A stretch of 64,000 nucleotides of DNA from Dendrobates tinctorius (Eukaryota): positions 35,402,001 to 35,466,000 of the forward strand of contig NW_027361825.1 in NCBI RefSeq assembly GCF_039654945.1. The letters run 5' to 3'. A program made the position numbers and the translations under genes. This document shows positions 24,701-35,800 of this stretch, in pieces. Below the pieces are notes generated by a model, which ran no database searches, was not told the DNA's origin, and saw only the letters and a list, made by a program, of their open reading frames with translations. The first letter of the stretch is position 1, and each line of letters opens with the position of its first letter.

Positions 24701-26774
24701 AGCCAGGGGCCATTTGGAAGTTTCTATCATCATTCGGGGGCCACACAAAAAAGATCACCTTGAAAATGACCCCGGTATAATTAGTCAAACAATTAATTAC
24801 GGTAACTCACCCTTAATGTGACAGCTGGAGCTGCTTCTCTTTGGTGCAGCTGTGATGTTAGGTGATACTGATCATGTTGCTTCTCACAGCTGCTTTTCCA
24901 GGTTTGTGTCGGCCAGGAGAGCAGTCAACTTTTTGTCATTAGTTTTGAAAATCATATACATCACATAGGAGATGCTGAGAAAGCTGTATAAGCATCTCAT
25001 AGGAGACATTGTGTCTGTCTATACATCACAGGAGAAGCTGAGACTGCTGTTTATACATCACAGACGCTGGGACTGCTGTACATACATAACATACTGGGGA
25101 GGCTGGGGGGGAATAGACATCACTGAGGGGCTATATACACATGACTACGAAGCATAGACCGCACTGGGTGTATATATGTCCCTGGGGGAATATACATCAC
25201 TGGTGGGGCCACATACATCACGGGGGGGGGGGGGGGAATATACAGTACTCAGCGGGATATACAGCACTTCTGGGGCACATAGCTGTGGGGCACAAATTTC
25301 AGGGGGGCACATAGCTGGGGCCACAAAGATCACAGGGGGCACAGAGATCACATGGGGGCACATAGCTGGAGGGGCACAGATCACCAGCAGAAAGGCACAG
25401 AGCTGCGGACACAGAAGTCACCAGCAGACAGACAGGCACAGAGAGCTGCCGGCACACAGAGATCGCTCTGGACTCTACTATGGCAGCAGCTCCTTTTCCC
25501 GGACAGGAGCGTATTGGGCGCTAACCCCGCCCACCCTGATGAGGTCATCATTCATGTGCATTAGAAGAACACTGTGAGCACTAGTGGAAAAGGGTGCCCG
25601 GGTAAGTTCCCAAACCTTGAAGAAATAAAACAAACCAAGGACTCAACTTAATATTGTAAGGAAGAACTTTAATTCAGTCCCATAATGTAGCACAGCAAAA
25701 AAACGTTTTGGTCGCCTGGATACCGCGTCCGATGTGGATGCATACGAGCCATCCCGGTCTCTTAAGAACATCATCCATACTGGCAAGTTTTGTTACCACC
25801 ACTGACCACAGAATAGTCCCAACTGTAACTGATGAAGGTCCAGGCAACTGAAACGTTTTTTGCTGTACTACATTACGAGACTGAATTAAAGTTCTCCCTC
25901 ACAGTATTAAAGGGAATCTGTCACCCCTTTTTTGAGATATCATATAATGATATCATTCAATTGTGTGTCACATAAGGATTCTCTTAGTACTTTTGCTTCC
26001 ACCTGACCCCGCACCTTTCATGCATAAATACATCTGAACCGATATAAAAAAAGGTATTTATGCATGAAAGGTGCGGGGTCAGGGGGAAGCAAAAGTACTA
26101 AGAGAATCCTAATGTGACACACAATGGAATGATATCATTATATGATATCTCAAAAAAGGGGTGACAGATTCCCTTTAAGTTTAGTGCCGGGTTTATGTTT
26201 TATCATCCATGTGCAGGAAGGCAGCTGACAGGACACGGCTGCCGCTCGAGGATTGCGGACTCCGAGGACCTGCCCACGGGCGCATGAAAAGTCACCGCGG
26301 GCTGCAGGTTCCCCACCCCTGCGCTAGGGTAACCTTTTCTTTGCATCACAAAATACAGAATTTACTGCAGTGAATGATCAATGAAAATAATATAGATATA
26401 ATTGTACACTTAATTGTTCAGCATCAGGCCCAATATACCGTACTGGTCTTTGAAAGTGGCAGTAGATGAGCAATGTGTTCTGCAGCGTAAATTGTTTTTT
26501 ATTTCTTTTTTGCCTCTTTATCTAAGGGTAATTCCATCTTCTCTTTATATGTTTTTAGCTGTATTTCTTCCTCACTTTATTTGTACGGTAATTAGTCATG
26601 TAATAAAACTATCATTATTTTCAGTCTTATGCTCAGTTTTTTTTCATCCTCCCCTATTATAAGGTTTCATGCAATAAATTCTGTCATATATCCTCTGAAA
26701 CACAGTGTTCGTGTGAATGACATTAAGTAAAAGTTTAGTACAAGGCCAAAATTACAAGATTATTATTGTGAGAG

Positions 26775-26826
<52 letters not shown>

Positions 26827-29800
26827 GTATATTTATTAGTGATGTGAAAAAATAAATCATATTTAAAGACCGGTCTTTTTCTGATGACATTCCTTTTCAA
26901 ATCCACAGTTATGTAGATGGCAAGGCTGTACTTACGGCTGTTGGCGGTCCTCCTGAGCTCGCTCTGCATGCTCGTTCCGCTTGACAAGTCTGTCAGAGCT
27001 TTACATATATCCTGATGGAAACAGAGGCACGGAAACGCAATCAGACCACGTTGCTTCACTGGCATAGATCTGCCGTAATTAGACGTTTCTGCAGTGAGAG
27101 AAATAAGGGACGGCAGCAAAGGCTTTCTGCCTGGTAGGGTTGACTTTGGATACAGCACGGGCTGGGCAGTGCCGTAGTCCATGTTGGCTACGGTGGGCAA
27201 CCGTCTACAGACTCAAGTTTAGATAGACAATTCTGTGCAATGTACGTTTCCTCCTGGAAATGCAATAAATAGTTACCATTCCCCCACGGTACGTCCTTAG
27301 ACAGTCAGACATAGTCACTGGACCATGGTAGACTGTAGGGGCAACACAAACATCTGGTAACACGAGGGAGGAAGATTTATTTTTTTTTACTATATTGTAA
27401 CTTTTATTTGTGACGATTGAAGTAATGAGAAGCATCTTTGGCATGCTGCAGACGATCGATCGTTTTATAACCTAACAAGTGCATATAGGAGTCTTCTCAC
27501 CTGTCTGTGGACAACTTTGGCATGCTTCAGGATGGCGATGACATCCCCCACTGCCGTTATACCCAGTTCATTAATTATATCTTTATTGAGATCCATCAGC
27601 ATGGACTTCTGGATCCTGGAATAAAAACCAACAAAAACATTAAATTATGCCTGTCAAAATAACGTCGCTACATTAAAGTTCTTAATGCATTTTTCTTTAT
27701 ACAGAAATGTAAAAAGTAAAAAAAAAATAAAAACAAAAAAACAACCAAAACCTACCAAGCCCCACCTGTCCTCCTCTAACCATGCCAGGTCCCTTGTGGT
27801 CTCCCCATACTTCCTTTTCTAGCAGGGACGGGCATATGACCACCTTAGTCCCCATAGCAGCCAACGCAAAAGTCACGTGAAGTACTGGCCTGACGACGGT
27901 CATGGGCAAATATTAATTTATACACATTTTTTTAAAGTTTCTAATTTTTGGAAAGGCAAAAATGAAGTCTGACGTTGCCATAATCGTACTAATAATCAGG
28001 TTTCAGATCATTTTTCCTGCACACTGAACACCCAAAACAAGAAATCCCAAAAATAATAATAATTTTTTTTTCCCCCAACACAGTTGGAATTTTTTTTCCT
28101 GTTTTTTTGGGTAAACTTTATGGTAAGGAGAAATGTCATCTCTTGAAAGAAATGAAGGAAAAAAAAGGCACAAAAGCATCTTTACAGCATGAATACCAGG
28201 GCTGTGGAGTCGGAGTTAGTTTTGGTTGGAGTCGGAGTCGGTAGAAATGTACCGACTCCAGCTTTAAAAAAAAATGTATTAATATTTCATAATTGAACTT
28301 TCATATGAATTTTATAAATGTTACTCAAATATATATGTTCTATCAAACTATGAACAACAGTGATAAGCAGTTCTGCTGGAGATAGAGACATTTCTTACTT
28401 CTTGTGTGTCACTGTTCTCCACTGCCCTTATCTAATCTTATACTTGGTTAACCTCATGCTGCCCCAACCCCCCTACTTACAATGTATGAAACTGAAAGTG
28501 AAAATGTGTTGCAAATTCTTAGTAGTAAAACTCCTCCTCTAGACTAGATCATACTAGGTGTGCGTCTTCCAAGCATCTCACAGCTGCCTGCTACTCAGAA
28601 GAGGAAGACTGTAAGAAGTATTATCCTTTCAACAAACTTTGCATCAGTTAACTGTGAGTACATGAGGAATAATAACAGTATTACTGACCACTATATCAGT
28701 TGTACGACCTGGCAATAATTTTGTACAATTGTTTTTAGGAAAAACAATTGTCATTTGGATTGTGAATGCAGAATTAAAAACCTGAGAATGTCAAAGAAGC
28801 ATCACATTAAATCAGCTGTATTTGAACATTTCACCATCACTCAAGATAGAAAACATTATGTCTGTCAGTGTATGACAAATGATCCAGACGAAAACAAATG
28901 CTGTGAAGCCAAGATGAGTGCATATTCAGGCAAAGATAAAAATGCTCCTACCAGAGCTTCTAATCTAAAGAGACATTTACAGCGCTTTCATCCAGACGTA
29001 CTGAAAGCAGTGGATGACAAAGACTGCATCCAAACCATTGAACCAGTGCCCAGCTCTTCCAGCCAAACAAAGGAGCAGAGAACTTTGCAGCCATCAGTTG
29101 CAAGATATTTTGTCAGTGACAAAGTTACTGTGACAATGACAGTAGATACATTTAAAAAACAGATCATAGAGCTTGTTGTAAAGGATAGTGTGCCTATTTC
29201 ATTATTTTCACGACCAGCTTTTATGTGTCTGAATGGGGAAATGGCCCTCAAGCTTGGTGTTTCTCTGGAGAGAGAGAGAGTATTAGAAAATTAGTAATCG
29301 AAGAAGCTTTTAAACAAAAGGAAGAACTTAAAAAAACTCTCAAGGGACGCTTTCTGTTTCTTAAAATGGATGCCTGCACACGTCACAGAGTGAACTATTT
29401 TGCCATCAATATCCGATTTGTTTGTGACAAAAATGAAATAGTTACCAAGACATTGGCAGTAAAAGACACCAAAGCTCATCACACCAGTGAGTTTCTCCAG
29501 GTCTTGGTGGAAAAGGTTCTGCAAGACTATGAACTTAAAAAAGAGCAAGTTCTTTCTGTCGTAACTGACAATGCTTCAAATATGATAAGTACTATTAAGC
29601 TAATGAATGAGAGTAATGATGGTGACCAGCAGCTAGAAGAACATTCTGGGTCCACAGACACAGAAATGTTTGAAATAGAGGAACACAGTATTGTAACTGA
29701 GGAGCAAACTGAAGTTGCTTCAGATGAACAGCAACATGATAGTTTAGATCTTGTTGAAACTGTGTCAATATGTTTTCATTCATCACATGCGGTGTGTTGT

Positions 29801-32800
29801 GCATACGCTACAGTTGGCTATAAGAGACAGTCTGCAAGAAGGACATGCTGCTGCACTGATTGGCAAGGTGAGAAAATTGGCTACTGTTGCCAGAACCCCT
29901 AAAGTTGACTCAATTTTGAAGAGACGTGCTGGAAAAGGGGCAATTATTGATCAAGCCACACGATGGGGCAGTACTTACTTAATGATTCAGCGCTTGGTTG
30001 AACTGAAAACCTTTCTTGTAGACATGGCTAACCCTCAACTGACGCTAAATGAAAGTCAGTGGAATCAGGTGACTGAGCTGGAAAAATTGCTAGAGCACCC
30101 ATTTACAGTGACTAAAAAATTACAAGCAGAGGACTTAACTCCAGGTATTTTCTTAAAGGAGTGGAAGAACCTGACGTTTCGCCTGTCCCAAAGAGGAGGG
30201 TTAATTGCAAGTGGCATTACTACATCAATGAAACGGAGAGAGGAGCTACTATTACAAAATAACATTCTTTTGGCAGCTGTTTATGTAGACCCAATGCATC
30301 GGATTCTTCTAGATGATCAACAGCTAAGTAAAGGAAAAGAAGCTCTGTTTGAAATAGCAGTAAGGATGAAAGGGTTGCAGAACAGTCAGGAGGAACAAGA
30401 AGAATTTGGTCATCCTGCCACATCTTCACCCTCATCATCAACTGATGAAGAATTTAATTTCGAAAAATATTTGGATCACAAGGACCGTGCAAAGCGTTCC
30501 CGCATAGAAGAGTCATCCCCAAATTGAGAAATTTGACCGTTCATCAAAAATAACAGTGCAACAAGCGATTCCTCTGTATCCTGACATTGTCAGAGATGTT
30601 GCCCGAGTGGTTACTGCTTTGCCACCAACACAAGTTAGTGTAGAGAGGTTGTTCTCTGCTCTCAAAATAATTAGATCAGATTTGAGGGCATCCATGAAGG
30701 AGGATCTGACAGAGGCAATACTTTTTCTGAGGACAAATTTATAGATTTCTTCTTATTAACTGCATAAAAGTGTTTATTGCATATTTACTTACAATTTAGA
30801 AAAGTTTATAAAAGTTATTTGCTATATTCTAATTGTATTCTAATAAATGTAGTTTTTGCTCTAAGGCCTCTTTCACACATCAGGTTTTCGCCGTCAGGCG
30901 CGATCCGGCGCTTTTGACAGAAACCGGATCCGGCGAAATGCAATGCCGGATCCTGTTTCCCCCCCATTGACTTGCATTTGCGCCGGATCGCGCCGTATGG
31001 CCATGCGTTTCATCCGGTTTTCGCCGGATCCGGCAATGTGTCGCGATCCGGCGTCTGGAAAAAAACGGCTACTGTAACGTTTCTGGTCTCCGGCGAAAAA
31101 GCCGGACACGCCGGATCCGGCACGTCCGGCTTTTTCACACAATGAAAGCCTATGAGCGCCGCAATGCGCCTGATCCGGCGAAAGCCGGATCCGGTTTTTT
31201 TGGTCTGAGCATGCTCAGTAGCTCTGCCCACAAGACATATACAGTGGGGAAAAAAAGTATTTAGTCAGTCAGCAATAGTGCAAGTTCCACCACTTAAAAA
31301 GATGAGAGGCGTCTGTAATTTACATCATAGGTAGACCTCAACTATGGGAGACAAACTGAGAAAAAGAAATCCAGAAAATCACATTGTCTGTTTTTTTTTC
31401 ATTTTATTTGCATATTATGGTGGAAAATAAGTATTTGGTCAGAAACAAGCAATCAAGATTTCTGGCTCTCACAGACCTGTAACTTCTTCTTTAAGAGTCT
31501 CCTCTTTCCTCCACTCATTACCTGTAGTAATGGCACCTGTTTAAACTTGTTATCAGTATAAAAAGACACCTGTGCACACCCTCAAACAGTGACTCCAAAC
31601 TCCACTATGGTGAAGACCAAAGAGCTGTCAAAGGACACCAGAAACAAAATTGTAGCCCTGCACCAGGCTGGGAAGACTGAATCTGCAATAGCCAACCAGC
31701 TTGGAGTGAAGAAATCAACTGTGGGAGCAATAATTAGAAAATGGAAGACATACAAGACCACTGATAATCTCCCTCGATCTGGTGCTCCACGCAAAATCCC
31801 ACCCCGTGGGGTCAGAATGATCACAAGAACGGTGAGCAAAAATCCCAGAACCACGCGGGGGGACCTAGTGAATGAACTGCAGAGAGCTGGGACCAATGTA
31901 ACAAGGCCTACCGTAAGTAACACACTACGCCACCATGGACTCAGATCCTGCAGTGCCAGACGTGTCCCACTGCTTAAGCCTGTACATGTCCGGGCCCGTC
32001 TGAAGTTTGCTAGAGAGCATTTGGATGATCCAGAGGAGTTTTGGGAGAATGTCCTATGGTCTGATGAAACCAAACTGGAACTGTTTGGTAGAAACACAAC
32101 TTGTCGTGTTTGGAGGAAAAAGAATACTGAGTTGCATCCATCAAACACCATACCTACTGTAAAGCATGGTGGTGGAAACATCATGCTTTGGGGCTGTTTC
32201 TCTGCAAAGGGGCCAGGACGACTGATCCGGGTACATGAAAGAATGAATGGGGCCATGTATCGTGAGATTTTGAGTGCAAACCTCCTTCCATCAGCAAGGG
32301 CATTGAAGATGAAACGTGGCTGGGTCTTTCAACATGACAATGATCCAAAGCACACCGCCAGGGCAACGAAGGAGTGGCTTCGTAAGAAGCATTTCAAGGT
32401 CCTGGAGTGGCCTAGCCAGTCTCCAGATCTCAACCCTATAGAAAACCTTTGGAGGGAGTTGAAAGTCCGTGTTGCTAAGCGAAAAGCCAAAAACATCACT
32501 GCTCTAGAGGAGATCTGCATGGAGGAATGGGCCAACATACCAACAACAGTGTGTGGCAACCTTGTGAAGACTTACAGAAAACGATTGACCTCTGTCATTG
32601 CCAACAAAGGATATATCACAAAGTATTGAGATGAAATTTTGTTTCTGACCAAATACTTATTTTCCACCATAATATGCAAATAAAATGAAAAAAAAAACAG
32701 ACAATGTGATTTTCTGGATTTTTTTTTCTCAGTTTGTCTCCCATAGTTGAGGTCTACCTATGATGTAAATTACAGACGCCTCTCATCTTTTTAAGTGGTG

Positions 32801-35800
32801 GAACTTGCACTATTGCTGACTGACTAAATACTTTTTTTCCCCACTGTATAAAAGCAAGACAGTGGGACCCACAGCCACACCCAACATGCCACCCAAGAAA
32901 GCAACCAAGCGAAGCAGGAGAAGGCAGGAGACCACTGCAGCACCATCAGCACCACCACCACCCCAAATGGAGCAGCAAATGGAACATGCTGAGGAGGGGA
33001 GGCCAGCAGCAGATGAGAGACGGTAATTATCAAATCCCCCATTCCTCCAAACTAGGGCTATTGAATATCAAGATATTCATTGGCCCTTTGTTTCTCTTTA
33101 TTCAACAGCCGCCCAATAGATGCAGCAGCAGCAATGGCAGCAGCTGGAACACCACCCACAGGCATGGAGTCTGGCCAGCAGGAAGACAGCACATCATCTT
33201 CTGGGAGCCCTCCCTCGCATCGTCAGCGTTTGACGGTAAGTTTTTATTTCCAAAATCCATCATCTCTGTAATATATGTCTATTCATTGCCTTTTATTTCA
33301 AAACAGTATTCACAAGATGAAGAGGAGCTCCCAGAAGAAGAAGGAAGGGGTGGACAGACACCTGGAGTGGGCTCACAATTGGTAAGTTTTTTGCATCAAA
33401 CGCAGAAACACAACATCACACTACACACAACACATAGAAAACAATGTTCTGCAGACCACACACAGCAAACAAATGCCTACATCCAAAGACATAACATTTT
33501 TTGTTTTCTTCTCTAGTCTTCCCAATCTGGTGCTCGGCCAAGAGGTCCTCGCAGTGCCTCCCAGGGTCGTCGGCGACAGCAACGCGGCGGTCACCAGCGT
33601 GTAAGTATAAATATTTTTGCTTTGTTTTTTTGCACTTTTTATTTCATTTCTTTTGTGGAGGCTAATTATGTTATTTTTGTCTTTTTCTTTAACAGCCTTC
33701 ACAGCGTGCTCCCGACTCTGACGGTGAGGATGGAGGACTCGATGTGGACCACCTCATCGATCTCGTCAGAGAAAGGGAGCCGCTCTGGAATATGGCTGAC
33801 CGCCGCCACGCTGACCTTATCGTTACCCGACGACTCTGGGAGGAAATCTGTTCGCTCCTTGTGGGCCGCTGGGAGGACCTCGATGTTCGGGCCCAGATTA
33901 AAGAGCGTAAGTATATACAGTACCGGTTGCTTGATGTAAACCAGTGTTTCCCGAACTCCAGTCCTCGTGGTCCCCACGGATCATGTGTTCAGGATTTCTA
34001 TTTCTATTTACTATGGAAATCCTGAAAACATGACCCCTGGGGACCATGAGGACTGGAGTTTGGGAAACACTGATGTTGTATACTAACCACTCCTTTCTCG
34101 TTTCAGGGAACAGAATTGTGAATCGGTGGCGGTCTGTGAGGGATCGTTTCAAGAAGGAGTTCAATAAAGAGATGCGGGCCCCGAGTGGATCTGGAGGACG
34201 CAGGAGCAAGTACAAGTACGCAGAAGCCCTGTCGTTCCTCCGGGAAACAATGGTCACTAGAAGGTAAATATTACACACCACATGTGAAAAAAAATGTTAG
34301 ATGTAAATTTTTTTTTTCAGCCAGGGCCATACCATGTCAGTATTTTAATTGTTTTTTTTTTCTCTTTATTCCACAGCACGGTGAGCAGCACTCGGGAGCC
34401 TGCACGATTGGACCCTTCTGAGGCGATCCCTGAGGAGACCGGCACCGAGGGACACTTCGACCGCCCCGGTACATCTGCACCTTCCCACACATTCGACCCA
34501 TCTGTCCCATCCACCAGCACAGGAGCATCGTGGCCGCCTACATTACATGAAGCTGCTGGTGAGGAGATCGCTTTCCCTTTACCCCACCCTTCTGCCCCTG
34601 CCACCTCTAGTACACCTGCGGGTACTGGGCGGCAGCGGCAGAGGGGTCAGGAAAAGACTTATGCGCCAGAGTTCTTGCATCTGAATGCATCTTTCCAGAA
34701 CTGTCTAAAAGTCTTGTCAGAGCAAATCACCGCAGGCTATCAGCAGATCAACTCCAGCATTCTGGAGGTGAAGACACTTCTGCAAACCATGCATTCAGAA
34801 GCAAGATCTTCGCCAAACCACACCTTTTTCAGGTCTGTTGTGGAGCGCATGGAAACGCTCTCTCCTGCCCAGCAGATGCATGTAATGCATTCATGCCACG
34901 CTGCTCTCCAGCAAGTTACCTCCCAACCTCCTCCCACCACAGTAGTTCCTCCACCTGCACCCCCTCCAGCCACTTTCCATCCTCCCCCTCCTATTACATA
35001 CCATCCACCTCCCCAGCACCAGCAACCTCCCCAGCACCAGCAACCTCCCCAGCACCAGCAACCTCCCCAGCACCAGCAACCTCCCCAGCACCAGCAACCT
35101 GCCCCGTACCAAACTCCTTCCCCATACAACTTGCCATCAACATCATCTGCTCCTACAGTCCCTGCCCAACCCTCCACTCCACCACCCACCACCTCTTCTG
35201 CTTCCCACATGTCCACCCATTCTGTAGTTTTTTCCACACCTTCACCTCTAAGGCCTCTTTCACACATCAGTTTTTTGCCTTCAGGCGCGATCCGGCTTTT
35301 TTTGGAAAAAACGGATCCGGCAAAATGCAATGCCGGATCCGGTTTTTCCCCATTGACTTGCATTAGCGCCGGATCGTGCCGGATGGCATTGCGTTTCATC
35401 CGTTTTTTGCCGGATCCGGCAACTTGTCTCATTCCGGCGTCTTGAAAAAACGTCTACTGTAACGTTTTTTGTCTCCGGCGAAAAAGCCGGAAGCGCCGGA
35501 TCCGGCGCTTCCAGCTTTTTGCTACAATGAAAGTCTATGGGCGCCGGATCCAGAAAAAGACGGATCCAGCAACCGGACCCGGTTTTTTTAAGTCTGCGCA
35601 TGCTCAGATCCAATTGGCCAGCCTCCAGGAACAGAGACGGATCCAGCAAAAAAACGGATCCGTTTCTACAGTTCTCAAAAATTTATGCTGGATCCGTTTT
35701 TTCTAAAAAAAGCCGGATCATGCCTGACAGCAAAAAACTGATGTGTGAAAGTAGCCTAACTGTTCCTTCCCCACCACGATCCCAGTCCTCTCTCCACACT

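Larger units (their letters stand above)
24679..26321. mobile_element. Non-autonomous hAT element
   Basis: 16-bp TIR CAGGGGTGGGGAACCT; 8-bp TSD CACTAGGG / CGCTAGGG (one mismatch); internal short tandem repeats. Confidence 0.85.
23945..26665. repeat. Large AT-rich inverted-repeat (foldback) element hosting nested MITEs
   Basis: ~23945-24080 is the reverse complement of ~26520-26660, and ~24555-24660 of ~26345-26450. Confidence 0.65.

Noticed and set aside
25535-25560. CTGATGA as a hammerhead core (also at 26881, 38239, 50818)
   Set aside because: No stem II or correctly spaced GAAA
28755-30744. Host ZBED gene
   Set aside because: Multiple frameshifts; bounded by hAT TIRs and an 8-bp TSD
31582-32559. 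Antisense ORFs over the Tc1 transposase (likewise 21421-21777 and 34740-35432 over other coding regions)
   Set aside because: Shadow ORFs opposite real coding sequence
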